Shown: positions 36,013 through 50,440, numbered from the stretch's first letter. The stretch is DNA of 64,000 nt from Sminthopsis crassicaudata (GCF_048593235.1 NC_133622.1:170996001-171060000); one strand, 5' to 3'. Made by a program: numbers and translations. The notes: generated from the letters alone by a model not told the origin.

Positions 36013-39000
36013 CTCGCTTGTACTTCTCCAAAATTTGTTTCAGCTGTTTTTCTAGTTTGATGTCTTCAGTCTTCTCTGTAGAGCTTCTATTCATGTTGAC
36101 TAAAGTCATCTTCTAAGTTCTGGCCATTGTTTTTCTGTTTTGCTGTTATTCAGAGGAGCCTAGAAGAGGTTCAGGAACTCCACTGACTCACTGGTGAATG
36201 CAGGAAAGATTTATTTTACATTAAGAATGGGTACCTAGGTGAGTTGATGATGATAGCAATTCTTTCTAAAGGGAGCAAAAAACAAACATTTGGATATTTG
36301 GGATTGGATTCCAAGTAACCTGGCACAGAGGGAAACACCCTGATTCTGGAGTCAACAGTGGTTGCTCAATTGTTTCAGTCATGTCTTACTCCTGAGAATC
36401 AGATTTGAGTTTAAATCTTGCCTATGATGTTTCCTAGCTGTATGACCTTGGACAAAACATTTCATCTACCCAGTTTCCTCATCTGTAAATGGAATAACTT
36501 TAATTGAAATGAGAAAGCTCAGAAAGCCAAATTATAGATCCTCCTTGAGTAGTCATAACATAGATCACAAGTTCTCTAGCTTTCTTTTCACGGAGCAGGT
36601 CTGGCAACAACTTTCCTTCATGTTGTGGGACATGTGGTGTGCATCTTTTTCTAATGCTATAAAACTGAGTCTCCATTCTAATGTTGTTTACCTCACTGTT
36701 AACTGCCAATGCCCAGTACCCCATTTTAATTATGTAATTAATGCCAACTAGCTTTTGCAAAGAGATATTTATTTCAAAGTAATAGCAAGAAGTATAAATC
36801 TGATCCCTCCAAATATGCTGAGGCACATACTATTCTTGTAAGACCTCAGCCTCTGGGATAAACTATCCACTTTCTATGCAGCACTGGACCCCAAAGTTCA
36901 TGTCCAAATACTCTATTATTAAGGACTGAGCTATGGTTGGATTGGGTCCTAAAGATTGTGTCTTAGTCCCTGAGATTTAAAACTGGATCAGCTGAAGACC
37001 AACCTCTGAAGAGACTTCACTGTTGGACTCCATAATGGTTCAGACTCCTGAACTTTCAAACTTACAAGGTCTTACCCTGCAATATCCTTCACCAAAAACA
37101 AAAAGGAGGAAAATAAAGCAAACTAAACAAAACAAAATTTCTATTAATAGGTCACAGAAAGGAAGGACATAAAACCTTTTCCTTCATAGCATTGTCTCTC
37201 TTCCTTAGAGGAATCCTCAAAAAAGAGGATAGCTGAGCTCTGAATGATCAATGCTTTTTGAATGCCTCCTATGACCGCTACCCAGTTCTAGGTATAAAGA
37301 CTATTAAAGAGATCATGTGGTTAGCAGACAAAAACAGCTCCAGAATTTCTACTGTGCTTCAAAATCCACATGACAATTGCTTCAGCTCAGCACCCTGCAC
37401 ATATTCTTGAATATGGGTCCCAGTGATCAAGCCACCATTATACTCACCATTTATTCTTGGCTTCCCATCAAAAAGAATTTGACAAGGTGAAAATAAGGGA
37501 AGAATGAGTTTCAAGAAGAATGGAGTAGTCATTGTTATTTTTCAGTCTTTTATCAGCATGGCTAAGTCTCAGTTACTCTATTTGAGTTTTTCTTGGCAAA
37601 GATACTAAACTAATTTGCCATTTCCTTCTTCAGTTCATTTTATAAATGAGGAAACTGAGGGAAACAGGGTTAAGTGAATTGTTCAAAGTTGTACAGTTAG
37701 TAAGTGACTAAGACTGGATTTGAACTCATAAAAGATAAGTTATTTTGCCCATAGGCCCATGTAGTAAGCTTTGGAATACCTAGGTGTCCTCTGTGCCATC
37801 TACCTTCTCTATGATGGTCAATTATTTCAGATACAAAAGATGAAAGAGAATGATAATTGAGGAAAAGGCTATGAACTTTGGCAGTTAAAAATAAATCAGT
37901 CATGACCTTTCAGAGTTCTAATGGGTATAATACACACAATCACATGATAGCACATTGGAAAGTGTCAATCAAGTGTTGAATAAGATTGAAGAAGAAAAGT
38001 TTTACTAACTAGGAGAGTGAAAGATTTATTCCTTTGAGTTACCTTTCTATGTTCTAGCTAAGTATTTATTATTTTATGGATAAGAAAGCCAAGACAAAAC
38101 TAATTGAAGTGTTTTGCTGAAGGTTGATACTAAAAAATAGGATTTACTGAACTATTTATTGGAAGTGACAGAGAGAGGAGATATTTAGCCCCTCAATGGC
38201 CAGAAGGATCTCATAACTCTGATATTATTAGAGACAGAGCTCTATGCAAGTTTTTAAAATACCTAATGAGAAAGAAATTAAAATGAGGACCTCTAAAATT
38301 TCTTTAATGACCAGGTGACCCAAAGCTTAATTACAGGTTGAAATGGTTATGGGATGTCTGTGGGAAAGCAAAAATGCACATCAGCATTCAGAATGTATGC
38401 AGATTCTGCAGGTAAATTCCATAACGAGGAAATGTGGCTCCCATTAAAAAGATACCATCTTACTTATAGTCTAGGATGCCATAGTTGGATGTCATTTATT
38501 ACATCATTTATTATTTTTAGAGGATCATCTTGGTGCAGTTGGGAGAAAGGACTAGATCTGCAGGCAAAGAACGTAGTTACTACTTGCTTTCTCTATTAGT
38601 TTAAAGTATTTAATCTTCCTCAGTTCTTGATTAACTCCATAAAAGAAGGGGTCTGGTCTGTATGGCCTCTCATCTTCCTTCCAGTTTTGAATGTATTATG
38701 AGCTGAGTTGTCCTTGCTTTATATTCCCATGTGAAAACAATTAAAACCTCCAATTCCTCCCCCAGTCTTGAGAGCTTATAAGATTGCTACTGACTATTCA
38801 TCAACAGAATCAAGCTTGAAAGGAAATATAAAAATTCTTTAAGAGTTCATTCTGTCCCACAATAAGCTTGGGAGAATTTGAACTTGATGAATAAGAGGAA
38901 TATGATACAATGGCACTTTGGAGCTTAACTACTCATCTTCAACTGGGAACTAACTTCCTGTATTTCTTCTGCATTGAGAGTTCCAAATCTTTTTTTAGAG

Positions 39001-39192
39001 TCTATTTTATTTTCCTTGGCTTTTAGTTAACTTTTAGAACCCCTTCTTCAATATGAAAGGCAATAAAATTTAGAATTTACACAGAATTAGTGAATAAGAA
39101 ATGCAAGTGATTAATTGCAATATAATATAATAACTAAATAATCCGTAATTCCTTGACAAATGTTCCTCAGGTTGAGAAGCCTTTTTCTACAT

Positions 39193-39413
39193 CACTACTT
39201 CTCAAACTTTATGATCTCCAAATTCCTTAACATTCTTGAAAAATTATCAAGGACTCTAAAGAGCTTGTGTTTATATATGTTATATCTACTAAAATTTACT
39301 GTATTAGAAATTAAAATGTGTTTGTGCTACTAGGAAATATTTTGATTTTGAAGATCCCCTGAAAACATCTTGGAAATGTCCCTGGACTCATAGACTGCAC
39401 TTTGAGAAGCAAG
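39193..39413. mobile_element. hAT-Charlie (MER5/MER113-like) DNA transposon relic
   Basis: cactacttctcaaact...tttgagaagcaagg degenerate TIRs. Confidence 0.5.
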
Positions 39414-39869
39414 GTTCTAGAAGAAAGAAGGAAAAGGGAATTTCCTTTGAAAATCATTGCAAGACCAAGGAGCTTCCAACTGTTACCAAGATAAGTATTT
39501 ACATAGATGTGATGAGATTTTTTTTTGTGGAGATTTTATTGAAAAACAGTCAGTTCCTTCAGGAAAACCTGATTGAACATTCATCAGCTTTAGTTTAGCA
39601 AACACTGTCATCATATAGGATTGCTTAGCCAAACAAAAGAAGTGGGAACCTTCCCATTATTCCATGTTACAAGAAGAGAAGAAAGAGAAAACTCCAGGGG
39701 GTCTTTGTTCTTTGTAACAGCTATTTTAGCATTTGCAGAAATGTTTTCAAGAGTTCTTTAGATGTTTCAATTGCAAGCCAAATCACACATACTCATCCAC
39801 TTGCACAGAAGTAGAATTATAACCTGTGATTCTACTCAAAGAAAAGTGGAATTCCATAGTTTATAAACA

Positions 39870-40072
39870 TAGTTTAGACACAAGGTCAGGAAAACCAGCT
39901 TCACAATTAGAGATGTCATAAAGGGGAATGAATTGCCTTGGGAAGAATTGGACTCCCTGAAAGTCTTCAGGTTTAATGATTACTTGTGGGTGATTGTAGA
40001 GAATATTCCAAATCAGGTTGGGATTGGATATGATGGAACTGAGTTGCCTTCTTGCTCTGAGATGTCTATGAT
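39870..40072 (+). mobile_element. L3/MIR3 3' end
   Basis: Matches the CR1/L3 terminal motif (...gggattggatatgatgg...ctctgagatgtctatga). Confidence 0.6.
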
Positions 40073-40194
40073 GAAAGAAAAACACAGACAAATAGAAAAG
40101 CAAAACAAAAAAACAAGAAAATAGAATCCTATAAGTAATCCTGAATCGTTCAGACTTTTTAAAGAAAGTGGGGAGAAAGAGAGTTAGAGAGCCA

Positions 40195-40365
40195 AAAAAA
40201 AAAAAAAAAAAGACAGAGAGAAAGAAAGAAAAAGAGACGGAGACAGACAGAGACAGAGAGACAGAGATAGAGAGACAAAAACAGAGACAGAAAGATAGAC
40301 AGAAAGAGGCATAGACAGACAGAGAAAGAGACAGAAAGGCAGAGAGAGAGACAGACAGACATGCA
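40195..40365. repeat. Poly-A plus (AGAC/AG)n microsatellite
   Basis: Directly visible. It causes ORFs 39861-40382 and 40159-40362. Confidence 0.95.
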
Positions 40366-41199
40366 GATAGATTGTGACTCAATATGAGTCAGAACAGAAT
40401 AAAGGAAAAGTGAAATTTCAAATGTTTTACTGAATTCAAACTATTATCCTTTTCCAAGAAATTTAAGCTTAAGAAATCAAAAGTCCAAGCAAATCCACTC
40501 CTTATCAGAATAATTTATTCTCTAAATTCCAGGATTGTGATTCATAGTGTCTAAGGGTTGCTTCCCCAACACCTGGTACAATTTAATTTCCATTTGGTAG
40601 CAATCCTTTTGAATGTCTGAAATAAAGCTAAAAGAAAAGAAATGATCTGGTGCTGTTTGCTTAAATTGCAGATTTACAAAGGAAGCATGGAAGGAAGAGG
40701 GGGAGTTATTTTCCCTCAGAAGTTTTCCTCAGAAACTTGTGAAGATGGTTCCATTAAAATCATTCTCATATGCAGCACATTCATGACATCTTATTATTTT
40801 GTCTTTCTAATCCTACCGATAACAGTAAACTATAAATATTGTAATTTACTGTTCTAAGGAAGCACTGATAGGAAGGATACAACCAGTGGCCTTGTGAATT
40901 CCAGAAGTCAACTTAAATAAAAACAGCATGTAGACAGCAAACAGGGAAGGAAGCAAGCAAATGAGGAAATAGGAAGGTTGGCTAGCAGGCAGGTATACAG
41001 ATAATCAGGTAGGCATTTAGACAAGCAGACAGGAAAGAAGGGAGATAAGGTTGAAGAGATGGAGAAAGGAGAAGAAAGAGAAAAAAGTAATGCTAAAGTT
41101 TAAGGAGTTGACAAAAACTTCTCTAGAAATACTGTATTATGAGCAATTCTATAAAGATTTTTACATAACTCCAGCCAAGGATAGGTCCTTAACTAGTGT

Positions 41200-41566
41200 T
41201 CTTGATCCCAACTCCATTTATTTTGAGAACTTGAAGCTTCCATCCTTTTTACTTTCCATCTTCAATTTCTCCTTATCTAATGGTTCTTTCTTCACTACTC
41301 ACAAACATGCTTTTGTCCCAAATCCTAAAAATAAATAAATACATAAATAAAATTTAAAAAACTTCTCACATATTTCTCTTCTCCCTTTCTTCATCAAAGG
41401 GTCTTCATTCATTGTTGCCATTTCAACTCCCACTTCCTGCCATCAGACTTCCATTGAATTAAAAGTGCTCTTTCTTAGCATTAGGAATGATCCTTTAACT
41501 GTTAACATTCAATGGCCTTTTTTCATCCAATCACCTTCTTGACCCCTCTGAAATTGTTGACAGATC

Positions 41567-41641
<75 letters not shown>

Positions 41642-42480
41642 TTAATACATTCTCCTTCCTTGGCTTATATGATATTCTTTCCATAGGTCTCCTCTTACCT
41701 ATTTTCTCCATTTGTCCCACTGACTACTCCTTAAAGCTCTATCCTAGCCCCTCTCTTTGCTTTTTCTGTGAGCTACCCTTGATGGTCTCTACCACCTACA
41801 TGATGAGTTCATATCTTTATATTTATCTTTTAACTCTCACAGGGTGTATGGAGTGTTCAAGAGGATCTAACAACTTTGACCTGAGAGTTTGGACTTTTAT
41901 TCAGAGGAGAGTGCCTTCCAGTCACTTTTCATGTCCACCTTCATCCAACTCTTACTTGTAGCTCTAAGAAGCTATTGCACACTCAATAGTTATAATCCCA
42001 ATAAACTATCTCCAAAAAAAAAAAAAAAAAAAAAGGGTAAGTCAGTTTCTGGGTAAATGACAAACCTCAAATCTGTAGGCAAGTAGGAGGGATATCTACC
42101 CCAACCATGGAAAGACTTTTTTTTTTTTTTTGGGGGGGGGAAATGGGCCAATAAGAACAATTTGTTACAACAGCTATAAAGGCAGCTGAAGCAGGGATTC
42201 TGGCAGACTTCGAGCTTGGTCAGGCATTGAAGTTTTCCATTTCATCCACTGCAACCTGGATTTTGTCTTCCACTGGACTTTGATGTCTCAGGAAAAAGGA
42301 ATGAAGCTGACAACATTGCACAACTCTGCCCCACCTAAATCCAATTCACAAACTGATCAAGACATAATTTGTGATGTCACTGATCCTCTTCAAAAATAAA
42401 GGATAAACAACAACTCTCTCCTAAAGTCAAGTCCACCAATATTGAGTTCTTGACAGACATTTCTACCTGAATATTTTATA
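41200..42480 (+). mobile_element. Degraded L2 LINE with inserted simple repeats and an RTE-related SINE (~42130-42412)
   Basis: L2 ORF2-like CT-rich segments (cttcttgacccctctg...ttgacag...ttctccttccttggc). Confidence 0.5.
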
Positions 42481-44695
42481 AGTATTTCAAATTCTCAGTT
42501 ATTCTGATTTGTAGCTTTCTAGTCATCATCATCTCTTCATGTTATTTCACTGCTATTAGTTACCAAACATTTTTCTACTTTCACAGTTGTCTTTCTACAC
42601 AACTATGACTCATTTTCTTAAATATTGTAGCTAGATAGATATAGATTATAGACACATCTATAATGTAGATTATAGAGAGAGAGACATATCTATAGCTTAT
42701 CTATCTATCTATCTATTCAGATATAAATATAACAAGAAGGAAATGCCAGAAGGCTGTAACTAATTTCACTGGGTATTTAATGTTTATAGTTACCTTTTTG
42801 CTTTCTATTTCTACCTTTTATTTGCTACTTTCTTCCAGAGCATTCCTCAGTGCAATTGTCACTTTAGATTTCTCTACAATCTAGCAGAGCCTCAGCTGTG
42901 CACAATATTTTTCCCTTCTTAACATTAGCCTCAGGAAGCTCTCCTAGAATTTTCTGGTTTTAGTTCTTTTTATTTTCCTACCATTTCTTCCTTAATTTAG
43001 CTTAATAATAATTTTGTAGTAAGAAATGTTTGCATAATCCCCAAACTGTACAAACTTCCTTTTTCCTATCTCCAAAAAAATTATTTTTCCTTCTCTTAAT
43101 TTAGCAATCAGATCTGCAGTTGTCAGATTGCCAAGGAAGAATTAAATTTTTCATTTTTCTTAAAATATCACGTATTATTTAAGCACAAATTTGAGCCCTT
43201 TTACCTAGAGCTTTTTAATCTCTGTATTTCCAATTCATTAAATCAAAAACCAGTTATTAAGCATTGATTAAATATCAGACCACTATGATTAGCTGTAGAA
43301 ATATAGTTGTAGTAATCCTAATGATGGTAGTGAAAATAGTAGTGATAGTGGTGATGGTAGTAATAAAAATAGCAGCTGACATATAGGACTTTAAGGTTTG
43401 CAAAGAACTTTACAAATATTATCTCATTTTATCCTTACAACACTTCTGGAAGGGAGGCACTTTGTACAAATAAGCAAAGTGACTTACCTAGAGTCTCATA
43501 GACAGTAAGTAAATATTAGAGGTCAGACTCCAAGTCCAAACTCTATTCACTGTAACATTTACTAGCTATGTGACCATAGGTTAGTTAATGTCTCTGAACC
43601 TAGTTCTCTTCATCTATAAAACTGAGATCATAATGGTACTTTACATACCTGTCCTACAGGATTGTTGTGAAGATCAAAGAGTGAATTCATAAATGTCAAT
43701 CACATTTGTGCAAAACCTCAATTTTCTCACTCTCCTCAATTTTCTTTGTATCTTACCTTCATGTATACTTTGTGCATACATGCGTGGTAAGTTCCATGAG
43801 GTCATGAACCATTCTCATTTTTTGTCTTTGTATCCTCATTATGGCATATTCTAGGCATGTAATAGATATTTAATAAATGCTTGTTGAATTTGGTGTATGA
43901 TATATGGTTTATGTAGTATGACTAGCAATATTATATATAATTACAAAATATTACTAAATATATTGAGTTTAGAGATATTATGATAAAAAAGACATTTTTA
44001 CTTAAAAGAAACACTGCTTTCCAAAGTTCAGCAATATGTCCAAAAGACAGTTGCTTCCATATTTTTCTGTCTTAGACAAAAGATCATAAGTCTTCCTATT
44101 TAAATTGTCCCATAATTTTCCTGGAAAAGGCTGGATCAACAGGCCATTATTTTCCCTACCCTATTCTTCCCCTATTCCTCTTTCTATCTCTAAAAGCCAA
44201 ACTATTGTTCTCTTTTTTTTCTCAGATATGATTTTTTGTGGCTCAGCAGAAATGGGCAGCCCCATAAAAGGAAGAGGAAAAGAATAAAACAAGTTCTAAA
44301 TTCCAGTCTTTTGCTTTGAGAAGAGGGGTATTTATAGGGAAGTTGCATCACCTCCTCCTTCTCCAGGAAACATGGATGTGAATGTTCAGGCTATATTTGG
44401 AAACATCCATAAGAAAAACTGAAAAAGCAAACCCCCAAATCCTGCCCTTGTTATCTTCAGTTGGAGTCTTCCTTTGACTAAAATCACTACTTTACAGGCA
44501 AACAAGTGTACAATGAACATTAGAACCCTTAAGTGTTCTGTCATATTCATCTTCTAGGATTGTCAATTGCCTGAATGAATACACAAAAGGAATCCTGTCT
44601 TCAAAGTGAAGGTCATCTGCTTATAGTAACAGGGTTAAGGAATAGATCAGTGGGGTCATTTCCTATTTACTAAATGAAAAAATCCTTTGGATATT

Positions 44696-44894
44696 TAGTG
44701 GGGGTTTTCAACCTGTTTGTATATCAAGGATCCCACAGCAATCTGGTGAAGACTAGGGATATTTCCTTAAGAATGTTTTTAAATGTAAAAACTAAAATAC
44801 ACAGGATTGTAAAGAAAGTCAGTTACTTCAAAATAAAGATTTATTTTTCTCCATCCAAGTTCACAGACTATACTGAAATGAATAAGAAACCTTG
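44696..44894. mobile_element. hAT-Charlie (MER5B/MER117-like) relic
   Basis: tagtgggggttttcaacct...aataagaaaccttg degenerate TIRs. Confidence 0.45.
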
Positions 44895-47800
44895 GTGCAC
44901 AGGGATAATTCTTTCTAGTATCTGAGAAAAGTCTAGTTTCTTGAAAAATGACCTTCCCCAGGAACCAACTCTACTAAACAAAGATCCTAGTCAATTTCCT
45001 ATAATCTCTTAAATTGCTTTGATTGCTTGAGGCAAATGCTTTCCTTAGTTCCTTTCTCTTCTATTCTGGGTATTCTGTATATAATGGTAGAAAGGATAAC
45101 ACTGAAGAGCTTTATAAATTGTTTGTACCAAGGAATCATCTTATTCTTAAAAGAATATCTTGGTATTCCCCCCCCCCTTATTCTAAAAGTAAGCTCTGGC
45201 TATGCCCAAAAGAAATTTGATTCTAATGTCCTTGCAATTATATTGAGATTAATAAATAGCTTACAGTTGTGTGGGGTTTTCAAAGTGTCTTCCTAGATAC
45301 AATGTAAGAAGGGAAATGTTGTCATCTTTGTTTTACAAATGAAGAAATTAAAACATAGTGAGGACAAGTGATTTGTTCATGGTAACACAACTAGTAAGTG
45401 GCCAAGACAGGACTCAAGCCTAGATAGGCTATTAAACTGCAATGTGTTAGTTTTTTTGTTTGTTTGTTTTTTAGTATTATATTGCTGTGAGGAAGCTACT
45501 TGCTCCCAAAGGGGACTATTGAATACTCCATTGCCCACTCCTCTACTCCAGAGAAGAATTCTACTATGAGTTTCTATGTCCTTGAATTCTCTTGGGCAAT
45601 AATCTAGAACCCAAGTCTCAAGAGCCCCAGGATCTACAGACCATCTATCTAATTTCCAGCCTGGCTTTGCAGATATTATCAAGAAGAACAAATTTTATAG
45701 AGATGGGACATACCATCCCCATTACTATCACCACCTCAGGCAACTACTGCTGAAAGGCAGGTAATCTCATGAATAGTAGAATCACACAGGCTTCTAGATT
45801 TTTTTCCAATCCCTAGGTATTCCCCCTTTGGGGGACAAAAAGGACTATCATTCTGTCTCTCACCAGATGCCAATCATCTGCCACTGCTTGGGCAAATAAG
45901 CCTTCTAGCTAAAGAGACAGGAGGCAGCATATTCCATGCTCTTCAAACCACTGACATCACCTCCCCTGAAACCTTCATAAGAAGGGTAAATGCTGTATTG
46001 TTTTATTATTTTATTTATTATTATTTTTGTTTTGAGTTTATTGCATCCAATAGCTGATTCCTTAAAAAACAAGCTCACCAGTTGGAGTTCATGAACTATA
46101 GGAGTTCTGAATTGAATTATTCATTGAACCATTGGAAGAAATGAGCCTGAACAAGAGTGAGGAATTACACAAGATGATTTATAAAGCCCCTTCTGATGAA
46201 AAAATCTATAAACCATTCTTTCAGAATCATACTCAGAAAAAAAGTTATCTATATTCTACTTTTTTATCTCTTCCCTCAAAAACTGGATCTTTTGTAAGAT
46301 CATCCATGTCCATAAAGCTATACCTCCTACATGAAAGTTTCCTATTCCTTTCAGTTGTTAGTACCCTATCCACTTTAAAATCTTGAAAGTGGGTAGCTTT
46401 TTTTTGGTTACCAGCGGCAGCAGCTAGAGAAAATGAAGAAGAATTTCCTTTGGTCTCTCCTTTAGTGGGGTTATCTCAGACCCCACTTAAAATTGTTGGG
46501 CAGAAAGAACATCACCACTGGGGATGACTTCACTCCTGATCTAGACTGCTTGTTATTCAAAATTTGTAATGAAGTAGTAGCCAACAGTTAATTTTACTTT
46601 AATGAAATGGAGGAGCACGAGCCTTTACCATCTGTCTTGCTGGTATTTTCTATGGTCCTTCAGGCTTGTCATTTACCTTATCTCAATGTCTTAAAATCCT
46701 TTGACACTGTCATCTTAATTATTTTAGCAACTTAAGGACCTCTGGATCTTTCTAGAAGTAATAATAATGTTTAATTTAATTATTGTTCCAGAACCTGAAA
46801 AGGGAGAGGATTTGCAATGCATCTAGCAAGATGATGGCCAGCATGCTTCGACTCACCCAAAGTAGGCTTCAAGAGACATATCAATCAAACTCTTGGGTAC
46901 TGATTGAAGGATGAAACAGTTAAGTACTCAAGACATAGTTTATAGTCCTGTAGTCATACAGTTGGTGCACTAGGAGAAACTCACCAATCAAATCAGTAAG
47001 ACCCTAGGGTGAAAGTTCTGAAAATGCAATGACAACAATAATTACTAGCATTTATATAGTATTTTAAAGTTTATAAAACATATTACAATTATTAGCTCAT
47101 TTATCTTCATAATAACCCTGGGAGTCAGATGCTATTATTGTCCCTATTTTACAGAAGACAAAATTGAGGTGGTAGAAGTTAGGTGATTTGTCCAAGATCA
47201 CACAGTTAGTAAGTGTTTAAGACTGACTTTGAACTCACATCTTCCAGACCTTAGGTCCATCACTCTATCCATCATCTAGATGCCCATTAGAAAACAGAGG
47301 AATTGTGACCTACATTGGTAGAAGGAGTATTTATATGAATGAAATCATAGAGACTTGAAATATTATATTTCTGTCCTCTAAATTTCCTTCCCCCTAAATG
47401 CTTTCTCTAGTTAGGTTTAGAAACAACATGGTCTTGACATTTCACCACTGGGACCTTGAAATTTATATACTAAAGGTCTTCCCAAAATAGTTCTCCCATC
47501 CTTCTATTGTTCATACTTCACTTAGGGTGTATTTTCTTAGTACATGCTTTTGTTGTAAGTATAAGCTTTCAAACTGTCTTTATTAACACAATTCTTAATC
47601 CTCCTGGGAACCTTCTAATTCACTCTTAATTCATACAATTTCCTTCCATACTATCTTTTCTCATACTGTTTTAGGCTAATACATTAAGTCACTTTTTCAG
47701 CTTCTTACAATTAGAACTAGTCAGCTTGAAGAACTATGCAAATGTTCACTTTTATTTTAGAATTTCCAGGTGACTTTCCTAGAAGGCCAAGAACATGATA

Positions 47801-48964
47801 ACTTGCAGTACTCTTGGTGAAACTTTCAAGAATATTTTCAAGGAAAGATAAAAAAAAGTTGCAAATATTTATTAAAATCTGTAATTTTTAAGGTTGGATT
47901 TTTTTAGTATGTCTTCTTTTATTGTCATTTTAGGTGTCTATAAATTTCTCTTCAGTTCAACTCAGCAAAATTTTATTAAATGTCTATTTTATACATTGTA
48001 TATCTATGTCTATGAGTCTTTGTATCCGCATGTGCTATATGTGTACAATTGTGTTAGATACTAAAGATGAAAATGTTAAAATTAGGTACCCTCTGCCTCA
48101 AAAGGCTTGCCTTCTGATAGAGGATATAACTTATCCACAAGTCATGTTATAGATTTTTCAGTCACAATGACCTGAGTTCCAATTTCACTCAAAACTTGAA
48201 GTTGTGTGTGACCCTAGCTGTGTGATTTAACCTCTCTTTTCCTCAGTTTACTCATATGTAAGAAATGAATGGACTAGACTCAAAATCTAACATTCCTTTC
48301 AGTTTTAAACTGATGATCCCCAAATACAAAGTGTATATAAAATTAATTTGAAAAAGAAAAGAAAGAATAATTGCATGATTAGGAAAGGATTTAGATTTAA
48401 AAGAGCATCTGATATGATTTGATGTATTGGTGATTCTATCTATCAGAAGGGAGAAAGGAGGGCATTCCAAGTTTGAGAGAGCCATTGTGCAAAGACATGG
48501 AATGCTAGATGGAATGTCATATACAGGAATTAAAATGAATGGCAGGAAGTGAAAGAGTTATTGTATTTATTGAGGAAATATAGAGGAAATTTGTAGAGGA
48601 AATAGAGTAGGATTGGGGATTGGATAGGGACCAGTATTATGTTTTCAAAAGCAGTGGCTGCTCCCAAAAAGCAATTTTTTCTATAAAATCAGGTTGGTAC
48701 TTTCTCTGCAACTTATATGCTTAGAATATTTACCTTATATATACAACCATTAAAAAGTTTCAACTTGCTCTAGGCAACACAGTTTTACATAGGAAACACT
48801 TTTGCATAAGAAAATGGGACTTGAAAACCAGTCTCTCTGGTTCTTATTCTATATTGCCTTTTTTGTTGTAGAAAAGAATTCTCACTGTGAAAATATTCCT
48901 CATTTGCACATCATTTAAAATGAATAATATCTATCAAGTACCCATTATGTCTTGTTCACTGTGC

Positions 48965-50440
48965 TATTGAGAATACCTCTTATGGTTTTTTGATCAGTTT
49001 TATTGATATTTTGTTATTATATCTTAACTTATACATTGATATATATGATTTATAAGAGAACAGTTAAGTAAAACTAATGTTTTATTAATGTTCACATACA
49101 TCTGTAAAGCATCCCTATTTTTGTTATTTTTAATGAACAAAAATCTAATTTTTTCTCTCTCCCTCTCTGGGAAAAAAAAAAGAAAAACTAAAAAAAAATT
49201 AAGCTAATACTCACATAGTCAAATAAATAAACAAAATAGTTAAATAAAAAAAAATAGTCAAGTAAAACAAATTCCCTTAATGGTCTATATACAAACATGT
49301 GCATGTATGTACCTATGTGCATGTAGATAATATGTGTGTGTATCTCATTCTGCTCTCTAAATCCATCACTTCTCTACCATGAATAACATGTTTCTTTGGT
49401 CTTCTGGAACCATGAATGATTATCACATTGCTCACAGTTCCTATAATTTTCAGGTTGTTTTTTTTCATAATGTTGTTGTTATTATATAAATTATTTTCCT
49501 GGTTCTCATTTTACTCTAAATTAGTTCATATAGGACTTTCAATGTTTATTTGGTTGTTTTAATCATTACTTTTTCATTTTTTACAGGATAATAATACTTC
49601 ATCACATTCAATATAAATTTGCTTATAATAGTCAAAATGAGAACTAATTAACAAACTTCCTTTTATCTTAAAACTCCTTTAAGACTCAATTCAAATCTCA
49701 ATCATTTCTGTGCTATTCCCCTCCTCTCTTAGTTTACCCTCTATGTATTCTGTTAGACATCTTGCATATACCAATACTTTACATGTAGTCTCTTTCATTA
49801 GAATGAATGTCCTCAATTATTTCACTCTTAATTTACAATGTTTTGCCCCCATTAAAAGAGTTGCTATAAATATTTTTGTACATGGCCTAGTCTAGCTAAA
49901 TCAAAGGACTTATACTCTTCAATAAATTTTTATATAATTTCAAATTACTCTCCAGAATTGTTAGACCCATCTTCAAATCCTCCCAATATTTAATCTTCCA
50001 TTTGCATAAGCTTAATAGTTTCATTTTTCTTTTTTTTTTGTCATTGTCCCTTTCATGATTGTGAAATGAAATTGATTTGTTTGAATTTTCATTTTTCCAA
50101 ATAGTAGTGATTTTGAATAATTTTTAAAATAATTATAGATAACTAAATTTTTTAGAACCATCTGTTCATACCTCTAGATTGTTAACAATTGGGCAATTTC
50201 TTTTGTTGTTGTTGTTGTTATAATTTAAATCAGTTCCTTTTATATATCTTAGAAATGAGATCTTTATTAGAGAAACTTCTTGAAAACTTTCCTCCTAAGT
50301 TAATTGCTTCCTTTTTATGTTAGTTTTATTAGATTTATTTGTACAAAAATTTTTATTTATTTTTATTTAAACAAAACTGCCCACTTTATCTGTCATTCTC
50401 TCTATTCCCTTGTCTGATCTTGAACTTTTCTTCTTTTGTT
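48965..50440 (-). mobile_element. Old L1 3' fragment with an interrupting older repeat (~49620-49840)
   Basis: Poly-T start, then 3'UTR and ORF2-end motifs (gttgctataaatatttttgtacat, actctccagaattgttagacc). Confidence 0.6.

Larger units (their letters stand above)
35128..36168 (-). pseudogene. GRPEL1: GRPEL1 processed pseudogene in three pieces (36168-~36013, 35697-35497, 35327-35128)
   Basis: Minus-strand translation: RLL(C)..AKQKNNGQNLEDDFSQHE*K..KLEKQLKQILEKYKR | QSQKLVEETKLYNIQCFCKDLL*VADILEKATASIPKDEIKEENLHLKKLQEGLVMTE | FKKHGLPTLNPIGARFDPYEHEVLFHTPVEGKEPGTIALITKVG/(fs)EIHRGTLRPDLVGIVKEP*. This is colinear with mammalian GRPEL1 as I recall it. It has no introns and carries stops and frameshifts. 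Confidence 0.95.

Noticed and set aside
36500-36826. 108-aa minus-strand ORF
   Set aside because: No recognisable domain, atypical composition and no convincing splice sites.
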